From a virus (taxonomy: Duplodnaviria; Caudoviricetes), in IMG/VR virus record IMGVR_UViG_3300015195_000007, positions 1 to 52,671 of that record: a stretch of 52,671 bases of DNA. The stretch is one strand, 5' to 3'. Position 1 is the stretch's first letter; each line of letters begins with the position of its first letter. The notes beneath the pieces were generated by a model that worked only from the letters and a program-made list of their open reading frames with translations, made no database searches and was not told where the DNA came from. This document shows positions 8,203-17,679 of this stretch, in pieces. A program made the position numbers and the translations under genes.

Positions 8203-10085
8203 TTGTAACAGCGGAGCTCGATAGTATCTCGCAAGAGAACGAGTTCATGAAAAAGAAAATCCGTGTTTTCTTTCCGTACAATCCGGACTACAACGTCAGG
8301 ATTAAACGCATAGCCGGGGCTAAGTTCACCGGACCTAGCAAACCGCAGGGACCGAGCTGGACCGTTCCGCTTGACGTGGATGCTTGTCACATGCTGAGAA
8401 AAGAGTTCGGAGAAGACCTTCGGATTGAGAGGGGTCTCTCTCAGTGGTACGTCAAGGAGACGAAAGAAACACGAGTTCTGACAACCCTTGCTGCGGCTAC
8501 ATCTGCCGAACTGACCACGCTTCCGATCGTTCTGCCAGAGCTTTTTGACTTCGTCAAGACCCGCCCGTACCAACTGGCTGATATCGCATTTATGGCTCAG
8601 AACCCTAGCCCCAGCAACTTTAATCAGCCAGGACTGGGGAAAACCGTCGAAGTAATCGGTGCTGTCTTTGAAGCCAAGATGGATGAGGGACCGCAGTTGG
8701 TAATGGCTCCAGTATCTAGTCTTGATGTCGTCTGGCAGTATGAGCTAGAACGTTGGCAGCCATACCCTGTACTCGTTGCTACGCAGGATCCTCGTCAACG
8801 TATTCAGTTGCTCGAAGAGGCTGAGGCGATGTATGAAGAGGGACAGGCATTCTGGCTTGTAGTCAATCCAGCGATGGTGCGCTACAAGATTCTCAGGCCG
8901 ACCAAGCGCAATGGGCTCGAGCATCCCATAGCAGTTCCCAACTATCCCGAGCTGTTTGCTATTCAGTGGAAGCACAAGATTGTGGATGAGTTCCATAAGT
9001 GTGGACTCGGCAACACAGCGACACAGACACATCAGGCGATGGTCGATCTTAAGGCTGAGAAAGCCATTGCCATCTCCGGGACTCCAATCGGTGGTAAGGC
9101 GATCAAGCTGTACGGAGTGCTACACTTCGAGAATCCGACTGAGTTCAGCAGCAAGTGGAGATTCGCTGATCAGTGGCTTACGGTGACTGATCGAATGGGG
9201 CGAGACGGTACGCAGTACGGCAAAGCGATTGAAAACATACGACCGGAACGAGAAGAGGCTTTTGCCCAGATGTTGGCCCGCTATGCTATTCGGCGCACAA
9301 AGGCGGAGGTAGCACCGGAGCTACCGCCCAAACAGTTCGTGAACGTTTGGGCGAACTTAACAGATCTGCCAGAGCAGTTTCGTCAATACAAGGAGTTCGA
9401 GAAGCTTGCCGCTGTCAAGATTGCTGACGAGGAGATCTCGGCTACGAGTATCTTGGCTGAGTATACACGTCTGAAGCAGTTCGCAGATGCGGTGCAGGAC
9501 GTGACCCGACGCACTATCAATCATATTGGGCAAGATCCAGAAGATGTGATGGTTCTCAAACCCGTTTTAGGACAATCTGTTAAGCTGCCTCACGTCGAGC
9601 GGTTGCTTAACGAACTTGGCATTGATCCAGAGGAGCCAGCCGGAGACGAGCAGGTCGTCATTTGCAGTCAGTTCAGCAGTGTCGTAGATATGGTGACCAA
9701 CTATCTTCTTCAGAAGAAGTATCCGGCAGCCAGATTCACAGGCGCCACGAAGCCAGAGCAGCGAGCGGAGCTCGTCCGAGCCTTCCAGAACCCGAATGAC
9801 CCGCTGAGGGTACTTGTCATGACGACCACAGCGGGTGGTGTCAGCATCACGCTTGACAACGCTAATACGATGATTGTAATCGATGAGACATGGGTTCCGG
9901 ACGACCAAGAGCAGGTAGCAGACAGATTGCATCGTGCGTCTCGTATTCATCAGGTCACTGTGTATACGATTCGAACAAGGGGAACGATAGAAGAATACGT
10001 CATGGAGACCAATGTGGATAAGCAGCATATCAACGATCTTGTGCTTGACGTCAGGCGTAGGTTGCTAGATGAGGTGGCGGTGTAG
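8199..10085 (+). CDS. SNF2-family helicase/ATPase with N-terminal HARP-like domain
   Basis: PGLGKT, DEFH, SGTP, SQF, AGGVSITL, QVADRLHR, GTIEE; N-terminal FPYNP..IKRI.GA.F....WTVP. Confidence 0.9.
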   Translation: MIVTAELDSISQENEFMKKKIRVFFPYNPDYNVRIKRIAGAKFTGPSKPQGPSWTVPLDVDACHMLRKEFGEDLRIERGLSQWYVKETKETRVLTTLAAATSAELTTLPIVLPELFDFVKTRPYQLADIAFMAQNPSPSNFNQPGLGKTVEVIGAVFEAKMDEGPQLVMAPVSSLDVVWQYELERWQPYPVLVATQDPRQRIQLLEEAEAMYEEGQAFWLVVNPAMVRYKILRPTKRNGLEHPIAVPNYPELFAIQWKHKIVDEFHKCGLGNTATQTHQAMVDLKAEKAIAISGTPIGGKAIKLYGVLHFENPTEFSSKWRFADQWLTVTDRMGRDGTQYGKAIENIRPEREEAFAQMLARYAIRRTKAEVAPELPPKQFVNVWANLTDLPEQFRQYKEFEKLAAVKIADEEISATSILAEYTRLKQFADAVQDVTRRTINHIGQDPEDVMVLKPVLGQSVKLPHVERLLNELGIDPEEPAGDEQVVICSQFSSVVDMVTNYLLQKKYPAARFTGATKPEQRAELVRAFQNPNDPLRVLVMTTTAGGVSITLDNANTMIVIDETWVPDDQEQVADRLHRASRIHQVTVYTIRTRGTIEEYVMETNVDKQHINDLVLDVRRRLLDEVAV

Positions 10086-10097
10086 TACCATGTCCCG

Positions 10098-10147
10098 GTC
10101 GGGTGGTGCCCTGTCTCTGTGTGAGAACTAGGACCGTACCACCCGAC
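10098..10147 (+). terminator. intergenic stem-loop
   Basis: GTCGGGTGGTGC/GTACCACCCGAC arms (one G-U pair). Confidence 0.55.
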
Positions 10148-10171
10148 ATTAGCCCCCGATGAGAGGCGAGA

Positions 10172-11182
10172 ATGAAGAAAGAGATATTACTTAGGACGAG
10201 CGAGAGAACAAAGTTTAAGGAATGTCGCCAGGCTTGGTTCTGGGCGTACGAGGATAGACTCGTCAAGATTGGACCACCGACTACAGCCCTGAGATTTGGC
10301 GACCTTGTCCACCGTGCGTTGGCTGCGTATTACGTCCCGGGCAAGCGTAGGGGGCCACACCCGGCCCGTACCTATGCCACCCTGTACGACAACCAGCTAC
10401 AAACGGGTATGCCTGAAATGAAAATAAGGAAGGACGAAGACTTTGGGTCTCCATCCTATTTGGACCCTCTTTTGTTTGGTGTTGATATACTTGAGCACTA
10501 TATCGATACTTACGGCAAAGATGCTCGATACAAAATCATCAAACCTGAGCAAGCTTTTCAGTTGGATATCCATCATCCTCGGAATGGACGCTATCTCTTC
10601 ACTTATGTCTCTCAGATGGATGCTGTGGTACAGGATCTTAATACCGGGAAGCTTGGCCTATTTGAGCATAAAACTTCTGCTAGCACTTCTCCCTTCGGAG
10701 CGCCGCTCACACTAGACGAGCAGGCGAACTCGTACTGGACGTTCGGTACGATGTGGCTCCATGCTACAGGGCAGTTGAAGCCGGATCAGGACTTGGACTT
10801 CATGCTCTACAACTTCATTCGCAAAGCGATGCGAGATACTCGCCCTAAGAACTCTGAGGGTCTGCATCTCAACAAGGACGGTAGTGTCAGCAAGAAGCAG
10901 CCAGCGCCGTTCTTTCGGCGGGAGACCGTCATGCGTGGACAGCCAGAACGGGAGGTCGTGTTCCGCAGGACACTGAACGAGTTTCGAGAGATGCAAATGG
11001 TCCGAGAGGGCAAGCTGGCCGTCTATAAGAATCCAGGAAAGCACTGCGGATTCTGTCCATTTCGGGACCCTTGCGAAGTTCACGAAGTAGGGTCAGACTA
11101 TCAGGCGATTCTTGACAATATGTATACTCAGTGGAATCCTTATGCAGAGCATGAAGATAGGGTCGAGGATGACTTGGCGTAG
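10172..11182 (+). CDS. Cas4/RecB-like PD-(D/E)XK exonuclease with 4Fe-4S cysteines
   Basis: S....F..C, G..VH, MDAVV..EHKT, Q...Y, HCGFCPFRDPC. Confidence 0.85.
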   Translation: MKKEILLRTSERTKFKECRQAWFWAYEDRLVKIGPPTTALRFGDLVHRALAAYYVPGKRRGPHPARTYATLYDNQLQTGMPEMKIRKDEDFGSPSYLDPLLFGVDILEHYIDTYGKDARYKIIKPEQAFQLDIHHPRNGRYLFTYVSQMDAVVQDLNTGKLGLFEHKTSASTSPFGAPLTLDEQANSYWTFGTMWLHATGQLKPDQDLDFMLYNFIRKAMRDTRPKNSEGLHLNKDGSVSKKQPAPFFRRETVMRGQPEREVVFRRTLNEFREMQMVREGKLAVYKNPGKHCGFCPFRDPCEVHEVGSDYQAILDNMYTQWNPYAEHEDRVEDDLA

Positions 11183-11579
11183 TTATCGGCGAAAGTTCTA
11201 TGAGGCTAATCCGACCGGGCCTTGGATCTGTTATTATTGTGGTGTCGCCGTCAATGATTTCTCCAAGGTCGTCGTTCATCACAAAGATGAGAGTTGGAGA
11301 AATGAAGACCTTGAGAATCTAGTGTCGATTCATAAGGGGTGCCATACTAAGGTTCATCCAAGGAAATGGTCTGAGACTAGTAGGCGTGAGGTCGGAAATA
11401 GAGCTCGAGGAAGAGTTCTAACCGAGAGGCAAAAGAAAAAAATAAGTGATTCTCATAAGAATAGAAAACCAGTATCTGCAGAGACGAAGAGGAAAATGGT
11501 GGCAGCCCAGACTGCTCGTAGAAAGCGTGAAGCTGCTGGTATAATGATCAAAGGTCGGGCAAATGGAAAGCACGTGTGA
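11169..11579 (+). CDS. HNH homing endonuclease with NUMOD3-like basic C-terminus
   Basis: CYYC...VVHHKDE....EDLENLVSIHKGCHTKVH; SETSR, TERQKKKISDSHK, SAETKRKM repeats. Confidence 0.85.
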   Translation: MTWRSYRRKFYEANPTGPWICYYCGVAVNDFSKVVVHHKDESWRNEDLENLVSIHKGCHTKVHPRKWSETSRREVGNRARGRVLTERQKKKISDSHKNRKPVSAETKRKMVAAQTARRKREAAGIMIKGRANGKHV

Positions 11580-11652
11580 CAATATGTTCACTACCTGGGA
11601 CCCATACGCAGAACATGAAGAAAGAGAGGAGCTAGACAGTGGGGGCAGTTAG
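11578..11652 (+). pseudogene. orphaned duplicate 3' end of the Cas4-like gene
   Basis: Translates DNMFTTWDPYAEHEEREELDSGGS*, versus the Cas4-like C-terminus DNMYTQWNPYAEHEDRVEDDLA*. Confidence 0.85.
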
Positions 11653-11994
11653 GATTCGTCGTCGCATGAGGGGGCGTCAAGATCCACGCCCGAGAGGCAA
11701 GAAGTGGTCAGAGAATGAATGGAGAGATCATTCGTCTCGTACTTCTCGTCGTAGCGGTACCAAGCGATGACAAAAGCTAAGCCTCAGCCCTACGAGCTTT
11801 GGAAAAAGGCGAACAAGGAGTTCCCAGATGACGATGTCAAAAGGGTAGATCGATATCGGGAGCTAATGAGCGAGGCAGAGTACATTGTGCCCGTCCCTAA
11901 GCCCGTTCGAAAGCGAGTCGTTAAGAAGAAAGCAGCAGAATGAAGACCCATACGCAGTTTCGTCCGGAGGATCATCACTTCGTCAACGGGAGGT

Positions 11995-12255
11995 GTGAAT
12001 GTGGTGCCACCTATAAAGAAGCGAGTCCGAAGAAAGCTGACCGACGAAGAGATAGCAGCCGCACTGCTCAACAAGATCAAGCCACACGAGGATCATCCGT
12101 GGCACAGGGTAGGTAGATGCGTGTATTGCGGACCCTGTGGTGTACGATTGTTCCAGGGGACGCTACCTGCGTCTCATGCGGTATACATTCCGCCGACAAA
12201 ATCAAGAAAGTCCACGGCGAGCGATCAAATGAGAGCTCTGTGGGGAAAGGAATAA
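11995..12255 (+). CDS. hypothetical protein (H..H...C..C..C)
   Basis: GGAGG RBS; 86 aa. Confidence 0.5.
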   Translation: MNVVPPIKKRVRRKLTDEEIAAALLNKIKPHEDHPWHRVGRCVYCGPCGVRLFQGTLPASHAVYIPPTKSRKSTASDQMRALWGKE

Positions 12256-12257
12256 CC

Positions 12258-12482
12258 ATGAAAAGCATAGTTGCATTCCTCAGGGGAGAACCTGTTCTGG
12301 TCGGAGCTGTCGTTGTCGCTATCACGGCCGAGGGCGTTGCTCTTGGCATTGGTCAGGGAGAAATGGGTATTATCGCTGCCGGACTGGCCCTGGTGTCTGG
12401 ATTCATTTCTCGAGGTCAGGTTATTCCAACGCAGAATGCAGTGAAGTTCAGCACGGCCGACATACCCCCTAAGGCTCCATGA
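12258..12482 (+). CDS. small two-TM membrane protein, holin-like
   Basis: EPVLVGAVVVAI...GIIAAGLALVSGFISRGQVIP; the EPV...R.QV.P pattern resembles actinophage holins. Confidence 0.55.
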   Translation: MKSIVAFLRGEPVLVGAVVVAITAEGVALGIGQGEMGIIAAGLALVSGFISRGQVIPTQNAVKFSTADIPPKAP

Positions 12483-12551
12483 ACGAAATACTCGGCTTCG
12501 CTGTTATCTTCGCTGCTTTCTATCTAGGGATGCACTACGAAAGAGGGAAGC

Positions 12552-13385
12552 ATGGCAAGACCTAAAGCGATAACACCCGTCAAGCAAGAGGAATACTTCG
12601 TTAATATCTGTCTTCATGGTGAGCCTGGAGTCGGAAAGTCTGTCCTAGCTGCCAGCACACCGAAGACACTTCTCTTGCTGAACGATGCAGACGAGAGTAG
12701 TGCTGCGGCTGAGCTAGGCAGCACTGCTCACAAGTGGGTCATCAATACCATCGAGGATATGGAGCAAGCCTATGAATACGTGAGACACGAAGGGTACAAG
12801 GAATACGAATGGGTGTGGATTGACAACCTGACTCTGCTGCAAGAGCAGTTCATGGATCAGGTGATGGAGCAGCTTGTCGCTGATAAACCGCACCGCAATC
12901 GTTGGGTTCCTGATATGCACGAGTATCTTGTTGTGCAGAATCAGGTCGGAACGTATATCCGATACTTCCGAGCTATACCTATTCACTTCGGATGGACAGC
13001 TCACTGTATGCGGACAGAAGATGAGGACGGACACGTTCTGTATACACCTATGATTCAGGGTGGGCAGGGCGCTTTGAGTCAGAAGTTGTGCGGATATATG
13101 AATGTAGTCGGTCATCTGTCGGCTATTCGTAATAAGGAAGGAGATACTGAGAGGAAACTGACGGTAACAAAGAGAGGAAAGTTCTATGCAAAATCTCGCT
13201 GGAGTGGATTACAGGGCACACTCACAAATACAGATATGCCTGCCGTAATGAAGCGGATTCAAAGTAAGTTCCCTAACCTGGGCAACCCGCCGCCAGTTGG
13301 TGTGAGGCGGGCGGCACCGGCTAGGGTAACTCCAGCTACCAACCCCAAGACGACAATAACTCACAACAGAAGGAGAGTAAGTTAG
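12552..13385 (+). CDS. Sak4-like / AAA_24 ATPase (phage recombination)
   Basis: GEPGVGKS Walker A, WIDNLT, TAH, AKSR; next to the SSB-like gene. Confidence 0.8.
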   Translation: MARPKAITPVKQEEYFVNICLHGEPGVGKSVLAASTPKTLLLLNDADESSAAAELGSTAHKWVINTIEDMEQAYEYVRHEGYKEYEWVWIDNLTLLQEQFMDQVMEQLVADKPHRNRWVPDMHEYLVVQNQVGTYIRYFRAIPIHFGWTAHCMRTEDEDGHVLYTPMIQGGQGALSQKLCGYMNVVGHLSAIRNKEGDTERKLTVTKRGKFYAKSRWSGLQGTLTNTDMPAVMKRIQSKFPNLGNPPPVGVRRAAPARVTPATNPKTTITHNRRRVS

Positions 13386-14210
13386 ATGGGAATCGTGAAG
13401 TTCGACGTCTCTGGTTCAGATCCGGACCGGGCAACTCAGAGTTTTGAGCCTCCGAAGCCGGGAGTATACAGGGCTAAGGTGGCTGAGCTCAACAGCGGCT
13501 TCGCCAAGAGCAGGGAGACCGGAAAGCCGGATCCTAAGCGTCCCCGGCTGGAGGTCGTCTATCATCTTCTCGACGACCCCTATAAGAATGCTCCGCTGTG
13601 GGACTACCTCAGCTTCTCCGAAGAGGCCCAGTGGAAGATGGATCAGTTCCTTCAGGCCGTTGGAATCGCCAGCAAGAAGAAGCGCAAGGGCAGCTTCGAC
13701 TCAGATAGTCTCATCGGCAAGATCGTCAAGGTGCGAGTCCGAGGCGGCAAGAACCTCAGCGATGAGTATCGGGCTGAGGTCGGCGGCGTCATGGCTGCGC
13801 CAGACGAGGACGAGGACTACGGTGATTCCGGTGAAGGCGACGAGGGCGAAGGTGATATCGATGGTGATAAGGGTGAGGGTGAAGATGAAGTCCCTGCGGA
13901 TGAGCCTGAGGAAGATCCTTACGAATCCATGACCGCCGTCCAGCTACGGACAGAGCTCAAGGCTCGTGAGCTTGACCCCAAGGGAACTTCCTCAGCTATG
14001 AGGGAGCGTCTGCGGGAGAACGATGCCGAGCAGGCTGAGCCTCCGGATGACGAGGCGCAGGCCGAGGACGAAGCACCGGATGACGGCTACGACGACCTCA
14101 CGCTGGACGAGCTCAAGCAGGAGGTTCAGGACAGGGAGCTCACCGTCAAGCCGATTACCAAGGTTAAGCTGATCGCTGCGCTGCGGGAGAATGACTTGGA
14201 ACCGTTCTAG
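13386..14210 (+). CDS. DUF669-like ssDNA-binding protein with acidic linker and two SAP/HeH-like motifs
   Basis: FEPPKPGVY.A.V, LIGKIVKVRV; acidic tract; YESMTAVQLRTELKAREL and YDDLTLDELKQEVQDREL; C-terminal EPF. Confidence 0.7.
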   Translation: MGIVKFDVSGSDPDRATQSFEPPKPGVYRAKVAELNSGFAKSRETGKPDPKRPRLEVVYHLLDDPYKNAPLWDYLSFSEEAQWKMDQFLQAVGIASKKKRKGSFDSDSLIGKIVKVRVRGGKNLSDEYRAEVGGVMAAPDEDEDYGDSGEGDEGEGDIDGDKGEGEDEVPADEPEEDPYESMTAVQLRTELKARELDPKGTSSAMRERLRENDAEQAEPPDDEAQAEDEAPDDGYDDLTLDELKQEVQDRELTVKPITKVKLIAALRENDLEPF

Positions 14211-14230
14211 CGGTATCGTTTGTTTGAAGA

Positions 14231-14292
14231 GTACCGGGCCGGGATATGCCCAACAGGGCGTCCCGGCCCTGTGCTGTTACAATGGCCGGTAC
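14231..14292 (+). terminator. GC-rich stem-loop after the SSB-like gene
   Basis: GGGCCGGGA (14236-44)/TCCCGGCCC (14261-69) with inner stem; outer GTACCGG/CCGGTAC alternative. Confidence 0.55.
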
Positions 14293-14313
14293 CCAGCATA
14301 GGACGGAAAGATC

Positions 14314-14604
14314 ATGAGCGTGGCAGAACAACAGCTAGACCCTGAGGAGTTCTATCGAACTAACGATATGGCTCAAACGACGTACTTGAAGCTACGGGGG
14401 CACGCCGTACAACTCATCACCTGGGAGAGCGGTAGCTGCTACTGGATCTTCCGGATCACTGACGCACTGCTGGACGACCTTGAACACTTTTCTTCTGGCC
14501 GTGCCAGAGTGGAGCCCAGAGAATACAACAAGGTCTTTACGATAGTGAAGCATGAGTTCTACGACAGCAAGAACAAGGAAAATCTTCGTAGATTGCCTGG
14601 TTAA
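14314..14604 (+). CDS. DUF5659-like small phage protein
   Basis: Y.T.D.....YL...G, F.F, VEPREY pattern; upstream of primase. Confidence 0.55.
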   Translation: MSVAEQQLDPEEFYRTNDMAQTTYLKLRGHAVQLITWESGSCYWIFRITDALLDDLEHFSSGRARVEPREYNKVFTIVKHEFYDSKNKENLRRLPG

Positions 14605-14636
14605 CGTTCAGCCAGCGGTATGGAAGAAGGAAGTTA

Positions 14637-17435
14637 ATGCCATGGAAAACAAAACCCCAGGAGATTCTCGCCCCATTTTTAGAAGGTGGTGGCCCGGACA
14701 TCAAGGGCGAGTGGAATATGCACTGCATAGTTCACGCCGACGAGAAACGCAGTGCAAGCATCAACTTCGATCTCGACAAGTGGTACTGCCATGCCTGTCT
14801 TCAGGGTGGTACAGTCTCTGAACTGTTACGCATTCTTGACCAAAAGGACCCAGATTTTGTCCCGACAGCCGCTACTAACGGCAATGGTACAGCGCCGGGG
14901 ACTACTGTCCTGGCGCCTGTTGCCCTGCCTAGCGGCGGTACCGTAGCAGGGTGGCACGCCGCCCTAGTAGCCAACAGTCAAGCTCTCGGTGAGTTTCGGC
15001 AAGCCAGAGGGTTGAGCTTAGAAACCATCATCCATAACAAGATAGGAATGAGGCATCAATATGGAAGATTCATCTACACCCTACCCATCTATGGCGATCA
15101 AGAAGTCCTTCAAAATGTTCGGTTTTACGATCTCCGCCCTGGGTCGGAAAGACGGAAAATCTGGGGGATTCCTGGACATAACACTCCGCTTCTCTTTCCC
15201 ATTGAGCAGCTCTCTCAGGATAAGCTCGTCATCTGCGAAGGAGAGTGGGACGCACTCATAGCCATACAGAACGGCATACCTGCGATAACTCGTACAGGTG
15301 CCGCCAAGGTCTGGAAGAAAGAGTGGAATCAACTCTTCGTAGATAAGACGATCTACATCTGTCATGATATGGATCGTGATGGACAGATTGCTAATCGTAG
15401 AGTCATGCGTGAGTTACGCAAGGTAGCGTCGTCCATAGGCATCGTGAAGTTACCCTTCAGAGTCGAACTTAAACATGGGCGAGATATCACCGATTACTTC
15501 CATGTAGAAGGGCATGAGCCCGAAGAGTTTCTAGATCTAATCCGAGCTGTTAAGGTAGCCGAAGAGTCAGAGTATCTTGAAGTGGAGCTGGCCGACACTA
15601 ACAGCATACAGAAACACGGATCCAAGACGCTGAGCACAGTGGTCAACTTTCAAAGCGCACAGAAACCGCCCTACTCTGCGCCACGAATGGTGGAGATGAG
15701 ATGCGGCCAGGATGCCGGGAAGATCTGCTCTACCTGCCCGATGAACAGCCACAGCGGCAGCATGGACTTGAACTTTAAGGCGGACGATGCTACCCTGCTA
15801 GAGATGACACATGTAGATAAGATGAAGGTTGTAACGAATCTTCGTCAGGTGATAGGAATCCCGAAGTGCGCTTTGATAGATATAGATGTCAAAGAGTTCT
15901 GGGATCTCAGTCTCGTCACTGTGCGCAGCAGTGTAGATCATGCTCATGTAGATACGACCAGGCTTGAAACGAAACAGGTAACGATGGTGGGGTCGTACAT
16001 CGATAGCCCGAACACTGTGTTTCAGATGGTAGGTAATCTGTATCCGCATCCAAAGACGCAGGCAACTACGTTTCAGGTCAGTCGTACAATCCCTGCTCAG
16101 ACAAGTATCGACAGCTTTGTTCTAACACCAGAGATCAAACAAGGCTTGGAGATATTTCAAGGCAACGCTCATCCACTAGAGAAAGCGTACGACATTGCCG
16201 AAGATCTCAGTAGACATATCACGCATATTTACGGACGCTCAGATATGCACGTCCTTATGGACTTGGTATATCACAGCGTACTATCCTTTTCGTTCGCCGG
16301 AACTTTGGAGCCTCGGGGCTGGCTTGACGCCCTCATTATCGGTGACACAAGGACAGGAAAATCTGAGGCTGCCAGTTCTCTCGTTATGCACTATCAGGCT
16401 GGGGAGATGGTTAACTGTGAAGGAGCAACCTTCGCAGGGATTCTGGGTGGAGTGCAGCAGGTCGTCGGAAATACCTGGGAGATTTCTTGGGGGGTCATTC
16501 CACAAAACGACAGGCGTATGGTCACGCTTGATGAGGCGAGTAGTCTTTCTACAGACCAGTTCGCCCAGCTTTCCGGGGTACGTTCAAGTGGTGAGGCGCA
16601 AATCACCAAAATAAGAAGCGATAAGGTCCAGGCCCGCACTCGTCTTCTCTGGCTGGCTAACCCCCGACCACAGAAGTACACAAGTAAGAAGATGGAAGAC
16701 TTCACTTATGGGGTCGATGCAGTTCGTCCGCTCATTGAGAACTCTGAGGACATCGCTCGATTTGACATTGCCATGGCAGTACGCAGCGATGAGGTAGACA
16801 CGTCTGAGATTAACAAGATACATAGCGTGTCTGACCCGAAGTACTCGGCGGCGTTGTGTCAGGCTCTGGTATTGTGGGCGTGGAGTCGGAGGGCTGACCA
16901 GATCGTGTGGACCAAGGGTGCTGTAGCAGCTACCTACCGGGCAGCGATGAAGCTTGGAGAGATATATATCGAGGATCCTCCACTGATTCAGTCTGCCAAC
17001 GTGCGAATGAAGATTGCTCGACTGGCTACTGCTCTGGCTGCTCGAACCTTTAGCACAGATGATAGTTGTGAGAAGGTTTTGGTCAAGGCTCAGCATGTCG
17101 CTGGGGCAGTTCAGTTCATCGATAACTTGTACGGGAATAGTAGCTTTGGATACAAGATCCTCAGTGTACTGCATCGTAAGAGAGTGTCGATTGCTGCTCA
17201 ATCAATCGACGAGGCCAAGGAGTTTATTCATCGTACACAAGGACTTGCAGATCTTTTATTCGAGAGTGGAAACTCGTTTCGTGGCAATGATATTCAGGAG
17301 ACCCTGGGGGTTTCTCGCGATGTTGCAGACGGTATTGTGAAACAGTTAGCAGAGTATAGAATGATAAAGCGTGGTGGTCCGCAAAACATCATTCAGCCAT
17401 TGTTACGAGACATCGTGAGGGAGCTGATAGAATGA
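14637..17435 (+). CDS. primase-helicase fusion: CHC2 zinc finger + TOPRIM + MCM-family AAA+ helicase + winged helix
   Basis: CIVH...CHAC; ICEGEWD, HDMDRDG, RDITDY; C..C..C zinc site; IIGDTRTGKS, LDEAS, LANP, IARFD, C-terminal wHTH. Confidence 0.85.
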   Translation: MPWKTKPQEILAPFLEGGGPDIKGEWNMHCIVHADEKRSASINFDLDKWYCHACLQGGTVSELLRILDQKDPDFVPTAATNGNGTAPGTTVLAPVALPSGGTVAGWHAALVANSQALGEFRQARGLSLETIIHNKIGMRHQYGRFIYTLPIYGDQEVLQNVRFYDLRPGSERRKIWGIPGHNTPLLFPIEQLSQDKLVICEGEWDALIAIQNGIPAITRTGAAKVWKKEWNQLFVDKTIYICHDMDRDGQIANRRVMRELRKVASSIGIVKLPFRVELKHGRDITDYFHVEGHEPEEFLDLIRAVKVAEESEYLEVELADTNSIQKHGSKTLSTVVNFQSAQKPPYSAPRMVEMRCGQDAGKICSTCPMNSHSGSMDLNFKADDATLLEMTHVDKMKVVTNLRQVIGIPKCALIDIDVKEFWDLSLVTVRSSVDHAHVDTTRLETKQVTMVGSYIDSPNTVFQMVGNLYPHPKTQATTFQVSRTIPAQTSIDSFVLTPEIKQGLEIFQGNAHPLEKAYDIAEDLSRHITHIYGRSDMHVLMDLVYHSVLSFSFAGTLEPRGWLDALIIGDTRTGKSEAASSLVMHYQAGEMVNCEGATFAGILGGVQQVVGNTWEISWGVIPQNDRRMVTLDEASSLSTDQFAQLSGVRSSGEAQITKIRSDKVQARTRLLWLANPRPQKYTSKKMEDFTYGVDAVRPLIENSEDIARFDIAMAVRSDEVDTSEINKIHSVSDPKYSAALCQALVLWAWSRRADQIVWTKGAVAATYRAAMKLGEIYIEDPPLIQSANVRMKIARLATALAARTFSTDDSCEKVLVKAQHVAGAVQFIDNLYGNSSFGYKILSVLHRKRVSIAAQSIDEAKEFIHRTQGLADLLFESGNSFRGNDIQETLGVSRDVADGIVKQLAEYRMIKRGGPQNIIQPLLRDIVRELIE

Positions 17436-17674
17436 GCAATGCTCGAAGAGAAATAGGGGATTGTGCTTTCCCGAGTTGTGATTGTCCTGGAGAAGAGCCA
17501 ATCTGTCTAGACTACGAGCAAACAGCAGACGAGGCGATCTACCGACGCATTCTTGCTGGCGAAGAGGTGTGTCCTATTCATTGCTTCCCTTTGCCGTGCA
17601 AGGAGATCTGCATCGTACACCAAGAGCATGAGCCATGTTCTATCTGTCGCTCTTACATCGCAGCCGGACTTTAG
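17432..17674 (+). CDS. Cys/His-rich hypothetical protein
   Basis: Repeated CxxH/PCxxC motifs. Confidence 0.5.
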   Translation: MSNARREIGDCAFPSCDCPGEEPICLDYEQTADEAIYRRILAGEEVCPIHCFPLPCKEICIVHQEHEPCSICRSYIAAGL

Positions 17675-17679
17675 AGGAG

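Noticed and set aside
10172-11182. CRISPR-Cas system suggested by the Cas4-like gene
   Set aside because: No cas1/cas2 or array; solo Cas4-like nucleases next to Sak4/SSB are ordinary phage recombination genes
11113-11576. Group I intron carrying the HNH
   Set aside because: The boundaries are formally compatible (T before, G at end), but the interval is fully occupied by the in-frame replacement tail and the HNH ORF, leaving no recognisable ribozyme core, and the upstream gene is complete without splicing
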